Position numbers and translations under genes: made by a program. This document shows, piece after piece, positions 9,454 through 18,980 of a stretch of DNA of 64,000 nt. The notes below the pieces were generated by a model that was given only the letters and a program-made list of their open reading frames with translations, did no database searches and had not been told where the DNA came from. The DNA is from a virus. Every line of letters starts with the position of its first letter. Positions within the stretch are counted from its first letter, which is position 1. The stretch lies in the IMG/VR virus record IMGVR_UViG_3300045988_154248. One strand, written 5' to 3'.

Positions 9454-9855
9454 ATGGAAGTGACTCATGGTCGTGGATATGTATATTCGATACAATATCA
9501 TATTGTTTGGTGTGTTAAATACAGACACAAAATAATTACAGAAAAAATAGAGAATAGATTAATAGAGATACTTAATAAAATAGCTGATGATAATGGATTT
9601 CAAATATTAGAATGTAATACAGATAAAGACCATATTCATCTTCTCGTTAATTGTTCTCCGCAACATTATATCCCAGACATGATAAAAGCATTAAAAGGCG
9701 TGTCAGCAAGGTTACTTATGAAAGAATTTGGAGAAGAATTAAAAAGAAAATTATGGGGTGGTCACTTGTGGAATCCATCATATTTCGTGGCAACCGTATC
9801 AGAAAATACAGAAGAACAAATTAGAAAATATATTCAAAATCAGAAAAGAAAGTGA
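9454..9855 (+). CDS. tnpA: IS200/IS605 Y1 (HUH) transposase TnpA
   Basis: HUH motif (DHIHLLV), catalytic Tyr region (PSYFVATV) and typical ~130-aa size. Confidence 0.9.
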   Translation: MEVTHGRGYVYSIQYHIVWCVKYRHKIITEKIENRLIEILNKIADDNGFQILECNTDKDHIHLLVNCSPQHYIPDMIKALKGVSARLLMKEFGEELKRKLWGGHLWNPSYFVATVSENTEEQIRKYIQNQKRK

Positions 9856-9865
9856 GGTGAAGTCA

Positions 9866-10969
9866 GTGGAAAAAGCTTATAAGTACAGGATTTATCCAAA
9901 TAAAAAGCAGAAAGAAATAATTGCAAAGACTTTTGGGTGTTGCAGATTTATATATAATAAGTATCTTGCAAAGCGAATTGAAATGTATGAACAGAATAAA
10001 GAAACATTTTCATATGTTCAATGTGCAAATGATATGAAGAAACTAAAATCAGAGTTAGAATGGCTTAAAGAAGTCGATTCTACTGCTCTTCAATCTTCAC
10101 TTAAAGATTTAGATTCAGCTTATCAAAAATTCTTTAAAGAACACACAGGATATCCTAAGTTCAAATCAAAGAAAACACATAGATTTTCTTATAAATCAAA
10201 GTGTGTAAATGGCAATATTCAGTATTGTGATAAATATATTAAGTTACCTAAACTTGGAATGGTAAAAACGAAAAACAAGTTAGTACCAAAAGGAATGATT
10301 CTTAATGCTACTGTGTCACAAGAACCAAGTGGCAAATATTATGTGTCAATTTGTTGTACTGATATTGATATTCAACCACTAAATAAAACTGGTAATAACA
10401 TTGGTATTGATTTAGGCATTAAAGAATTTTGTATTACAAGTGATGGAGAATTAATTCCAAATCCACATTACTTAAAGAAGTCTTTAGATAAACTTGCTAA
10501 GTTACAAAGAGAATTATCTCGAAAATCAAAAGGTAGTTCTAATCGTAATAAAGCAAGAATAAAGGTTGCAAGACTTCAGGAACATATTGCAAATCAGAGA
10601 AAAGATTTCTTGCATAAGTTATCTACTGAAACAATCAGAAGTAATGATATTGTATGTATCGAAGACCTTCAAGTAAAGAATATGATTAAAAATCATAAAC
10701 TTGCACAGTCTATCGCAGATGTATCATGGTCTGAATTTGTAAGACAACTTGAATATAAAGCAAATTGGTATGGTAAACAAGTTGTGAAAGTAGATAAATT
10801 CTATGCAAGTTCTCAAACTTGTAATGTATGTGGGTATATAAATAAGGATACAAAAAATCTTTCAGTAAGAGAATGGGAATGTCCTTGTTGTCATACACAT
10901 CATGACAGAGATATGAACGCAGCCATCAATATTCTTAATGAAGGATTGAGAATATTAGAAGTGGCATAG
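9866..10969 (+). CDS. tnpB: TnpB (OrfB) RNA-guided nuclease
   Basis: [10 protein letters not shown]-terminus; RuvC motifs [28 protein letters not shown]; zinc finger CNVCGY...[11 protein letters not shown] 9866 follows GAGGTGA. Confidence 0.9.
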   Translation: MEKAYKYRIYPNKKQKEIIAKTFGCCRFIYNKYLAKRIEMYEQNKETFSYVQCANDMKKLKSELEWLKEVDSTALQSSLKDLDSAYQKFFKEHTGYPKFKSKKTHRFSYKSKCVNGNIQYCDKYIKLPKLGMVKTKNKLVPKGMILNATVSQEPSGKYYVSICCTDIDIQPLNKTGNNIGIDLGIKEFCITSDGELIPNPHYLKKSLDKLAKLQRELSRKSKGSSNRNKARIKVARLQEHIANQRKDFLHKLSTETIRSNDIVCIEDLQVKNMIKNHKLAQSIADVSWSEFVRQLEYKANWYGKQVVKVDKFYASSQTCNVCGYINKDTKNLSVREWECPCCHTHHDRDMNAAINILNEGLRILEVA

Positions 10970-11071
10970 ACGAATAAAGAACGGTAGGAACTATCGGGAT
11001 AGCTTGGTAAATATCTTTTCAGTAGAAATGAGTTCCCAAGAATCTCGTGGCTTTAGCCATGAGAGGTTCAA
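10860..11071 (+). ncRNA. putative TnpB omega/reRNA scaffold (extent approximate)
   Basis: By analogy with characterised IS200/IS605 TnpB systems, the guide scaffold overlaps the tnpB 3' end and stops at the RE. The region contains the RE hairpin and other stems. Confidence 0.4.
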
Positions 11072-11150
11072 ATGTGATTCATATAAAACAGAACGAAGTG
11101 AAACTGCAGCTATGGCAGATTTATTAGATTAATCCTTTTATGGAAATATT

Positions 11151-11828
11151 ATGAAAGCACGAGGCATATTGCCAATGGAGAAAAAGGAACTCAAGCAAAA
11201 ATTAGAAACAACATATTTAGACATTGCAATTCCAAGTAATGTAGAAAATTTACAGTTGCCAGATCCTACGCTATTACAATTTTATAAAAATTACGATGAT
11301 AGAATTATTTGGATTGATGATGAAATTACAACCATGACTTTGGAATATGCAAAGATGATTATGCAGTGGAATTCAGAAGATAAGAAAAATAATATTCCAG
11401 CAGAAGAACGTAAGCCAATTAAAGTAATCTTCTTTAGTCCTGGTGGCGATTTAGAGGTAAATAACTGTTTGGTTGATACAATTCAACTAAGTCAAACAAA
11501 AGTTATTGGAATCAATGTTGGTATGGCTGCATCAAGTGGATGCTTTATTTATTTAGCATGTCATGAGCGTTTTACATTTCCAACGGCAGAATTCCTCATC
11601 CATAAGGGAGCTGGTCAATTTGCTGGGACATACAATGATGTAGTTGCAGCAATTTTAAATTATCAACGACAAATCGAAGAACTTGGTGACTTTGTTTTAT
11701 CTAGAACAAAGATTCCAGAAGATGTATTTAATGAAAACTTTGAAAATGACTGGTATTTATCTGCGAAAGAAGCTATTAAATATGGTGTTGCAGATAAAAT
11801 TATTACAAGTTTAGACGAAATCATTTAA
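11151..11828 (+). CDS. clpP: ClpP-family serine protease
   Basis: FFSPGGDLEVNN...GMAASSGCFIY...FLIHKGAG matches the ClpP Ser and His regions. The start could instead be ATG 11175. Confidence 0.75.
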   Translation: MKARGILPMEKKELKQKLETTYLDIAIPSNVENLQLPDPTLLQFYKNYDDRIIWIDDEITTMTLEYAKMIMQWNSEDKKNNIPAEERKPIKVIFFSPGGDLEVNNCLVDTIQLSQTKVIGINVGMAASSGCFIYLACHERFTFPTAEFLIHKGAGQFAGTYNDVVAAILNYQRQIEELGDFVLSRTKIPEDVFNENFENDWYLSAKEAIKYGVADKIITSLDEII

Positions 11829-11855
11829 GGAAGAGTTCAATACTCTTCTATTTTT
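11829..11855 (+). terminator. rho-independent terminator
   Basis: GGAAGAGT-tcaat-ACTCTTC followed by TATTTTT. Confidence 0.6.
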
Positions 11856-11892
11856 ATACAAATTTTTAGGATTAAAAGGAGAATTATACGAT

Positions 11893-12096
11893 ATGGCAGC
11901 ATTTACTTATAAGAAAACATCGACAACTTCAATGAAAGTTACTGGTATTTTAAATCCACAAACTATGGTAATCAATGTTGACGGTGAAGATAAGCAACTT
12001 TCTACTCTTCTACGTGACTTCGCAGACCTACCAGTAGAAATTAATATTAAGGTCAAGGACGAGGAAGAACTGGATGAACCAGTTGATGTTGAGTAA
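11893..12096 (+). CDS. hypothetical protein (acidic C-terminus)
   Basis: 67-aa ORF after AAAGGAG. Confidence 0.4.
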   Translation: MAAFTYKKTSTTSMKVTGILNPQTMVINVDGEDKQLSTLLRDFADLPVEINIKVKDEEELDEPVDVE

Positions 12097-12131
12097 GAAG
12101 GGAGTGATCTACTATTACTTCCTATACAAGA

Positions 12132-13316
12132 TTGCCTGGTGAAACAGATGATCAACTTATATATAGAGTTACTAAAGATAAGGATATAATCGGTTCATGG
12201 AATGATGTAGCTGATGTACTCAATCAGTTACTTGGAACTCATTATGGAGAATCAAAATTTCGGAAGGATAAAGCGACATTTGATCGAATGCTGAATGCAA
12301 ATCGTGATATGTTTGTTGATTCTGATAAACAGTTGCAGGATATCCGGATCGCGCAAAGAGAATTAGAAAAAACTCGTAAGAAAATCCAAACAGAAAAACT
12401 AGAATATTCAAAATGGCTACGCGAAGATGCGAGAGCTGAAATGGTTACAGAAAAAATTTGCAATGCAGTTCGTGAATTAAAAACATTGGATATTCCGGAA
12501 TACATTCCACCTATACATGATCATAAATCATATCTTCTGTGTTTAGCTGATGCTCATTATGGGATTGAATTTGAGATTAAAGATTTGTTTGGAAATATTA
12601 TCAATGAATATAGTCCAGAGATCTTCGAAACACGTATGTGGGATCTTTTAAATAAAGTTGTTCAGATTGTGAATAAAGAACATATTACAGAATTAAATGT
12701 TTGGGAGTTAGGCGATGGACTGCAGGGTGTCTTGCGTTTAAATTCCCAACTTATGAAGCTTAGATATGGTATTATCGACTCTTCTATTCTGTATGCCAAT
12801 TTCCTTGCAAATTGGTTAAATGAACTTAGTAAATATGTACGAATTAAATTTCAAATGGTGATTGATTCAAATCATAATCAGCTTAGAATTTGCGGTGCGC
12901 CGAAAAATGCATTCGTAGATGAAAATATGAGTAAATCAATGCTTGTATTAATTAAAGCACGGCTTAAAGACAATAAGAATATTGTAATTCTTGAAAATCC
13001 AACTGGAATGGATTATTCCGTACTAAGCACATATGCAGTATTAGGTATTCATGGCGAAGTTCCGAACATTAAAACCGCAATTGATGAATATGCGCGAGCT
13101 TATCAAACACATTTTGATTATTTGATTGGCGCTCATTGCCATCATAAAACAAATGTGGAAGTTGGAATTGATGCAGAATGTCTTACTGTCAGATCTATTA
13201 TTGGCGTCGATCCATATGGGATGTCTCTAAGGAAAACATCTAACCCTGGCGCGAGTTTATTTGAGTTCGAGCTTGGACAAGGGCTTACAACACAACATTC
13301 AATTAAGCTTAATTAA
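12132..13316 (+). CDS. calcineurin-like metallophosphoesterase (putative)
   Basis: Motifs in order: LADAHYG (DxH), LGDGLQG (GD), DSNHNQ (GNH-like), GIHGE, GAHCHH (GHxH). Confidence 0.55.
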   Translation: MPGETDDQLIYRVTKDKDIIGSWNDVADVLNQLLGTHYGESKFRKDKATFDRMLNANRDMFVDSDKQLQDIRIAQRELEKTRKKIQTEKLEYSKWLREDARAEMVTEKICNAVRELKTLDIPEYIPPIHDHKSYLLCLADAHYGIEFEIKDLFGNIINEYSPEIFETRMWDLLNKVVQIVNKEHITELNVWELGDGLQGVLRLNSQLMKLRYGIIDSSILYANFLANWLNELSKYVRIKFQMVIDSNHNQLRICGAPKNAFVDENMSKSMLVLIKARLKDNKNIVILENPTGMDYSVLSTYAVLGIHGEVPNIKTAIDEYARAYQTHFDYLIGAHCHHKTNVEVGIDAECLTVRSIIGVDPYGMSLRKTSNPGASLFEFELGQGLTTQHSIKLN

Positions 13317-13504
13317 TGGAGAATACAATTATGGGAGAAATTGACGAAAATCCAGTGTTGGATTATGACGAACTTAATTCATACATTCAAGGTCGAACTG
13401 GTTTAGATTATGACACGGTAGCTAATGTACTGGATCTTGAAACAGAATACATGATCAAAGTAGGAATTATTGAATCACAAAATCCTGCTGAAGTAGAAAA
13501 ATAA
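13316..13504 (+). CDS. hypothetical protein
   Basis: 62-aa ORF whose start overlaps the upstream stop. Confidence 0.4.
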   Translation: MENTIMGEIDENPVLDYDELNSYIQGRTGLDYDTVANVLDLETEYMIKVGIIESQNPAEVEK

Positions 13505-13522
13505 GTACAGATACATCTGTAC

Positions 13523-13960
13523 TTACATATAAAGAAGGCCATCGGCTACCTAAAATTTCTTTCTTTATGTTGCTATACAACAAATGTACAAACTCGTGGA
13601 AGCCGATGATCAAAAATACAGAAGAAGGACTGACGGCTATCTCGATTTCTAGAAGTGAACTTTATCAGAGAATTCAATCCTGTCATCAGGATGCAGGTAT
13701 CATAACCTAACGGTTACGTTCGTGCCGCCAATACTGTCTCACTCGTTCCCATTTATTATAACGGAAACGTGAGTAGCTATTGACATACACTGGTGTTTCT
13801 GGTGAATAAAACATCGCCATACTAAATCACCTGCCTTCCGTTGATAAACTTTCTATCATTGGAAAAACCGGCAGTCCAAGAATACGGAAGATGCTCCGTA
13901 CTTATAAAGAATAACATATTATAAAAAATTAGACAAGCACTTCATAAGTGCAAAATTTAT
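13523..13960 (+). other. ~430-nt non-coding, hairpin-rich region (possible ncRNA/regulatory; strand unknown)
   Basis: No ORF and more G+C than the flanks. Stems include CATCGGCT..AGCCGATG, ATCCTG-tcat-CAGGAT, ACGGA-agatgc-TCCGT and the palindrome GCACTT-cat-AAGTGC just before hup. Confidence 0.3.
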
Positions 13961-13984
13961 TTGAACAAAAAGGAGAATATTAAA

Positions 13985-14260
13985 ATGATGAACAAACAAG
14001 ATATTTTTAAAACCGTAGCAGCAAACCTAGAAGTAACCCAGAAAGATGCAGCAAAATATGTAGATGCTGTTTTCGTTACCATCAAAGATGCAATGGCTGA
14101 TGGAGAATCTGTAAATATCGCAGGATTTGGAAAATTCGAGGTTGTAGAAAAGGCAGAATCTAAGAGACGTAATCCTCAGACTGGTGAAACAATTATGGTT
14201 GCTGCTCATAAAGCACCGAAATTCAAGGCAGCTACTGCTCTTAAAGAGGCTGTTCTCTAA
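13985..14260 (+). CDS. hup: HU/IHF-family DNA-binding protein
   Basis: MNKQDIFKTVA...GFGKFEVVEKAESKRRNPQTGETIMVAAHKAPKFKA is the canonical HU signature. ATG follows AAAGGAG. Confidence 0.85.
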   Translation: MMNKQDIFKTVAANLEVTQKDAAKYVDAVFVTIKDAMADGESVNIAGFGKFEVVEKAESKRRNPQTGETIMVAAHKAPKFKAATALKEAVL

Positions 14261-14278
14261 TAGATCGGTGGTGATTAT

Positions 14279-14845
14279 ATGCATACACTGAAATGCAAAA
14301 GTATTGAAGAATTAGTCGAAGTAGTTGTCGAGACTTATGAGCTACTACATGATTGTGATCGAAACGTAAGTTTTGTTGCTAAGTATGATCATGCAAAAGA
14401 AATTTTGAGAGAATTGGTATTTTACGATTATGATCTAAAATTTGTTGAGTTAGCAGATCCTGAGTGGGATAACTATGAAGACGAATATGTTATCAGTATT
14501 GTGTGTGATGAAATATTTTGCGAGAAGCTAAAATTGGACGGAAGATATTGTATACTATCTCCAAAATTTGTATTTTTTGATGAAAATGCAAATTCTAAAT
14601 GCGTTAAATATTTTGAGTCGGATATGAAATATGAATTTGAAATCACGGAAGAAGAATCTAGTGGTGACTCTGATCAGGAGTTGAATTGTCATGACGATTC
14701 TATGGATGTAGATTTCTCTGATGATGGACATGGATTTACATGTAGCAAGCATGATAAGAATGGATATAGTTCTATTTCATATTGGTCATCTGAACAGGTT
14801 GATAAGGATCGTTTATCTGAGATTTTGAAAAGTTTTTATTTATAA
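14279..14845 (+). CDS. hypothetical acidic protein
   Basis: 188-aa ORF; no motif recognised. Confidence 0.45.
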   Translation: MHTLKCKSIEELVEVVVETYELLHDCDRNVSFVAKYDHAKEILRELVFYDYDLKFVELADPEWDNYEDEYVISIVCDEIFCEKLKLDGRYCILSPKFVFFDENANSKCVKYFESDMKYEFEITEEESSGDSDQELNCHDDSMDVDFSDDGHGFTCSKHDKNGYSSISYWSSEQVDKDRLSEILKSFYL

Positions 14846-14887
14846 TTTTGTTGAGTGTGTAAGACTGCAGCTTACGCACTCAACTAC

Positions 14888-14959
14888 AGGTCGTTAGTGT
14901 AATTGGCAACACGGCAGTCTCCAAAACTGTTAATCAGGGTTCGAATCCCTGGCTTCCTG
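14888..14959 (+). tRNA. tRNA-Trp-like (anticodon CCA) with degenerate acceptor stem
   Basis: Good D arm (GTGT/ACAC), anticodon arm (GCAGT-CTCCAAA-ACTGT) and T arm (CAGGG-TTCGAAT-CCCTG). The acceptor stem has two internal mismatches (T:T, C:T). Confidence 0.5.
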
Positions 14960-15222
14960 TTTGCAATTTTCTGCAAACGAGCGCAGAGAATAAATGATTA
15001 GAGACGGGTGGATAACCTGGTTTCTATCTTTCATACCAATATTTATGATTCGTTATTTTATGTGAGGTGATTACACCTCTCATTCATGAGATCTTTCTCG
15101 CTTTACGAGATGATTGTTGCCGCAGTCATCTCACATAAGATAACGACGGAAGTTATCGGCAAATAACTATAAATATTAAAAATGGCGAACGCTGCCATAG
15201 TGCGAGAAAGTGGAAAAAGTAT

Positions 15223-15939
15223 ATGAGTGATATTATTAAATTTGACTATGATAAACAAACAGTATCTGCAAGAGATTTGTTCGATGCAGTAAACGAAGGA
15301 AAAGAAAGATTTAGTAAGTGGTTTGCGAGGCAGTTACAATTTGGGTTTGAAATTGGAATTGATTATTCCAACCCGTACCAAAAAGTACGGGTTCAAAAAG
15401 AAGGCAAACGTACTGTTGAACGTGAAGTTGAAGATTATGACCTTTCTATAGATATGGCAAAACATATCTGTATGGTTCAGAAGACGGAAAAAGCAAAACA
15501 AGTTCGTCAGCGTTTAATTGAATTAGAAAATGCATGGAACACACCAGAGCAGGTAATGGCTCGTGCTTTAAAGTTTGCTGATAAAACCATTTCTGACTTA
15601 AAGCATCAAATCGAGGAACAACAGCCAAAAGTAGAATATCATGATGCGGTCCTTAATAAGAAAGGATTGATTACTACTACAGTTGTAGCAAAGGATCTTG
15701 GTTATAGAAGTGCTCAAAAACTTAATGAGATTATGAATCTTAATCATATTATTTTTAAGAATCAATCTGGAACATGGTGTCCATATGCTGAATATGAATG
15801 GCTAATTATAGAAGGATATGCAGATTATCAGAGTTATACTGCAAAGAATGCTGCTCCATGTCTGAAATGGACTGAAAAAGGTAGAAAATGGATCATCGAA
15901 AATTATGATCAGTGGGTAAAGAATATTACTGCAGCATAA
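15223..15939 (+). CDS. antirepressor (AntA/ORF6N N-terminal + KilAC C-terminal domain)
   Basis: SARDLFDAV..ERFSKWFARQLQFGFEIGIDY (AntA-like), and LITTTVVAKDLGYRSAQKLNEIM in the C-terminal half (KilAC-like). Confidence 0.65.
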   Translation: MSDIIKFDYDKQTVSARDLFDAVNEGKERFSKWFARQLQFGFEIGIDYSNPYQKVRVQKEGKRTVEREVEDYDLSIDMAKHICMVQKTEKAKQVRQRLIELENAWNTPEQVMARALKFADKTISDLKHQIEEQQPKVEYHDAVLNKKGLITTTVVAKDLGYRSAQKLNEIMNLNHIIFKNQSGTWCPYAEYEWLIIEGYADYQSYTAKNAAPCLKWTEKGRKWIIENYDQWVKNITAA

Positions 15940-16013
15940 TAATGTGCTATTTGTAACGGAGAATAAAATATAGAGATCTCTCGATCTGTGTCATAGCTGG
16001 TCGAGAGAATTAA

Positions 16014-16074
16014 TGGAATGGGACTATTGGAAGTCATGAGCCAATAGAGTAGAGTCACCTACCTCTCTCCCATT
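16014..16074 (+). promoter_or_regulatory. two-hairpin motif with GAAGTCATGAGC loop, copy A (upstream of the integrase gene)
   Basis: P1 GAATGGGA/TCCCATTC. Hairpin 1 CTATTG-[GAAGTCATGAGC]-CAATAG. Hairpin 2 GTAG-agtcac-CTAC. Confidence 0.5.
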
Positions 16075-16106
16075 CTATTTTACGCAGACAAGAAAGGAGA
16101 GAAATA

Positions 16107-17159
16107 TTGTCAAAAGAAAAAATTACAAGAGTGAAATATTTCACTCCTGACAAAGAGAAATATATTTATGAAGAAAATTGGAAGAAATATAAAAAATATT
16201 TACAGTCCAATATTATTAAAAATAAAGATGTAAAAGATACGACATACAAGAGATATGAAGCCTTATTCCGACATTTTCTTATATGGCTTGGTGAAAGTTA
16301 TGGTGAACTTGATTTATATTCTGATGAATTTATGGAAAATGCCGTAGATATAATGGAAGGATACATGCTATTTTGTCAAGAAGTATTACAAAACCATAAA
16401 AAAATTATTAATATGAAAGTATCTGCAGTAAGTTCTTTTTATATTTGGTCAATGAAACGTGGTTTTGTTAAATATCACCCATTTGATGGAAAACTTGATC
16501 GCATGAAAAAGGCAAACGAGGAACAGATTTTAAATCATTATTTTCTTTCTGATGAGCAAATCAATCAGATCAGAAATGATTTATACCAAACGGAGAATAA
16601 TAAATGGAGCATACAAGATCAATTATTATTTGAAGTTTCTTTATTTTCCGCTAACCGGTTAGGAGCATTGGAGAGATTAACAATTTCTTCTCTTGATCTT
16701 GACAATATGGTATTTGAAGGAATTAGAGAAAAGGAAGGTTATAGAGTCGAAGTGTCATTTGATGATACATGTCGAGATATGATCGAAACATGGTTGTCTA
16801 TGCGAAAGGACGATTATGATCATCTTGAATGTGATGCCTTATTTATACATAAATATAAGGATGAATGGAAGCCATGGACAAGAAGTATGATTACTGATCG
16901 AATGCATAAATTCGGAGAAATTATTGGAATAGAAGATTTTCATCCTCACTGCATGAGAAAAACAGCGATTAATAAAATATATGAAGATACTGGCGATCTT
17001 AATCTTGCATCACAATGGGCTAATCACAAGTCAAGCGCAACCACTCAAGCTGCATATCTGAAACCAGTTTCTAAATCAGAACTTAGAGACAAACTAAAAT
17101 TATTAAAATTCAAGCAGCAGGAAATCGAAAAAGAAGTAAAAATGCAAGAAAATAATTAG
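16107..17159 (+). CDS. int: tyrosine recombinase / phage integrase
   Basis: SANRLGALERL (box I Arg), HPHCMRKTAI (HxxR) and HKSSATTQAAYL (His/Tyr). TTG start follows AAAGGAGAG. Confidence 0.85.
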   Translation: MSKEKITRVKYFTPDKEKYIYEENWKKYKKYLQSNIIKNKDVKDTTYKRYEALFRHFLIWLGESYGELDLYSDEFMENAVDIMEGYMLFCQEVLQNHKKIINMKVSAVSSFYIWSMKRGFVKYHPFDGKLDRMKKANEEQILNHYFLSDEQINQIRNDLYQTENNKWSIQDQLLFEVSLFSANRLGALERLTISSLDLDNMVFEGIREKEGYRVEVSFDDTCRDMIETWLSMRKDDYDHLECDALFIHKYKDEWKPWTRSMITDRMHKFGEIIGIEDFHPHCMRKTAINKIYEDTGDLNLASQWANHKSSATTQAAYLKPVSKSELRDKLKLLKFKQQEIEKEVKMQENN

Positions 17160-17207
17160 ATGTTGCTTGTATTAGCAACTGTGTTATTTTACTACAAATT
17201 TGTCATT

Positions 17208-17250
17208 TGTCAAGACTTAACTTGACATTCCTCAAAAATTAAGGTATATT
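17208..17250 (+). promoter_or_regulatory. sigma-A-type promoter with overlapping palindromic operator
   Basis: TTGACA (17222-17227), a 17-nt spacer, then TATATT (17245-17250). The palindrome TGTCAAG-acttaa-CTTGACA (17208-17227) overlaps the -35. Confidence 0.6.
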
Positions 17251-17260
17251 ACATTTGTAA

Positions 17261-17310
17261 GTAAGACAAAGTAGACCTGAGTAGAACGATGTAGAGTGAT
17301 ATAGTAGTCT
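17261..17310 (+). repeat. helically phased GTAGA repeats (iteron/arm-site-like)
   Basis: GTAAGAcaaa GTAGAcctga GTAGAacgat GTAGAgtgat ataGTAGTct. Exact 10-nt register, starting a few nt downstream of the promoter. Confidence 0.6.
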
Positions 17311-17445
17311 ATATAATTATTTAAATAAAATAACCACTTGCTAATCAAGTGGCTTTCAATAAATCGAATATATAGAATTGGGATATTCACCCAAGTGGAT
17401 TTCTCAGAGCCGAAGGGGTATCGGCTGATTTCAACTTACGAAAAG

Positions 17446-17470
17446 GATCGCTTATTTAGCGGTCTTTTTT
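17446..17470 (+). terminator. rho-independent terminator
   Basis: GATCGCT-tattt-AGCGGTC followed by TTTTTT. Confidence 0.7.
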
Positions 17471-17966
17471 CGTTGGGACAATATTCTGTAAAAACATTAG
17501 AATTGTCCCGGCAACAATAGTAGATAGTAAATTACTATCATTCACAATTGTGTATGTATCTTTAAAAAATCTTAGAAACGTATCTATGTCGCATCACCCT
17601 CCTTTCTTAGCAAGGGTATCTATATAACGAAGCATCGCTGCTTCGATGCGACTCTGAAAAATCCTTGACATTGCATCCAGCCGTAAATGAACGCCTGGGT
17701 GAATTCCTACATATAGATTATATGTCAACAGGAAAAATCTGTCAACCATAACATATGGACAATCTATAGATAGATCGTGTAGCAACACGTAAACTGCAAT
17801 CTCCGACCGACGTCTAGGAATCGGTATTGGCACAAACCTGAGAAAATGTGCGACGTCAAAAAATACAAAAAATCGCAAAAATATTTATAAAAAGGACGTG
17901 CTGTACCTTTACAAAATTTTCCTATTGTGATAATGTGAAATTATCAAATACAGGAGGTAATTTTGT

Positions 17967-18944
17967 ATGGACTATGTAGTAAAAAGCCAGAGTGCAAAGA
18001 ACTTTACTAAAGATATCGTAAAAGGAAAATACAGTATGAAACACAAGTTTCAACGCCAGGAAAATCAGTGGGGCAATCGTCAGAAAAGTTTACTGATTGA
18101 CTCTATGCTTCGTCCGTATCCAATCGATCCAATTAGATGCGAAGTCGGATCTGACGATGTAAGAAGAATTTTTGATGGCGTTCAGCGCGCTACCACAGTA
18201 AGAGACTTTTTTAAGAAAGATGGTTTTAGATTGGCTAAAAATTTAAAACCAGTTACAGTTGATGGCGAGGTATATGAAATTGCTGGTAAAAAATATGCAC
18301 AGCTCGATGAAGCCGTACAAGATAAGCTGAATGATTATGAGATGACAATCTATGTGTTTACTGATTGTACTGGAGAAGATATTCGAGAAATGTTTACTCG
18401 TCAGAACAATGGTAAACCATTGAACAATACTCAAAAACGTACAGCAATCGAGAGTGAAAAAGTAAGTGATGTTATCTTTAATTTTGCAGATCATGAGTTC
18501 TTTGAGAAAGTCCTTACTGATGCACAATATAAGAAAGATGTTCAGCGTGATCTGATCCGCGAAACCCTTATGCTGATTAATACAAATGAAGAAAATGATT
18601 TTACATCATTTAGAGCGAAAGATATCGACAGTTTTGTTGTTTGGTATGATGAAAATATCAATGCTACTGATATCAGTATATTAACAGATGTATTAGATAC
18701 TTTCAATACAGGAGATGAAGTAATCAAGGTAAAATCTACTTCTATTCCAATGATCCTGTATGGCGGTTATAAATGTATTAAAGACGGAAAAGATTTTAGA
18801 AAATTCGAAGCTGCAGTAAATGAGTTTGTTGAGAATTATGATTCTAACGAAGCATATAAACAACTTGTACAATCTGGTACTACTGCTTCTGCTGGTGTTA
18901 AAGCTCGTCTACAGTATTGGAATAACGTCGTAGATAATTTATAA
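17967..18944 (+). CDS. DUF262 (ParB/Srx-like nuclease-fold) protein
   Basis: KFQRQENQWGNRQKSLLIDSML..PIDPI....FDGVQRATTV matches the DUF262 FQR..W / DGQQR signature. No DUF1524/HNH half is present. Confidence 0.65.
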   Translation: MDYVVKSQSAKNFTKDIVKGKYSMKHKFQRQENQWGNRQKSLLIDSMLRPYPIDPIRCEVGSDDVRRIFDGVQRATTVRDFFKKDGFRLAKNLKPVTVDGEVYEIAGKKYAQLDEAVQDKLNDYEMTIYVFTDCTGEDIREMFTRQNNGKPLNNTQKRTAIESEKVSDVIFNFADHEFFEKVLTDAQYKKDVQRDLIRETLMLINTNEENDFTSFRAKDIDSFVVWYDENINATDISILTDVLDTFNTGDEVIKVKSTSIPMILYGGYKCIKDGKDFRKFEAAVNEFVENYDSNEAYKQLVQSGTTASAGVKARLQYWNNVVDNL

Positions 18945-18980
18945 TTTTTTGTGAAATAATTTGATATGATTTTTATTATG

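Larger units (their letters stand above)
9310..11071 (+). mobile_element. IS200/IS605-family element (tnpA + tnpB); left boundary approximate
   Basis: Subterminal imperfect hairpins with the same G:T wobble: LE CCCGTGAC-TTTA-GTCATGGG (9332-9351) and RE CTCGTGGC-TTTA-GCCATGAG (11044-11063). The RE is followed by ..TTCAA ending at 11071. Confidence 0.8.

Noticed and set aside
9758-9865. Upstream extension of tnpB overlapping tnpA (track start 9758)
   Set aside because: GTG 9866 follows a GAGGTGA RBS and gives the canonical (M)[10 protein letters not shown] TnpB N-terminus. The extension merely reads through the tnpA 3' end.
17338-17878. Track ORFs 17338-17520 (+) and 17594-17878 (-) as genes
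   Set aside because: The first spans two terminator hairpins and has no RBS. The second has a TTG start without an RBS and foreign-looking codon content. They are kept only as an 'uncertain region' finding.
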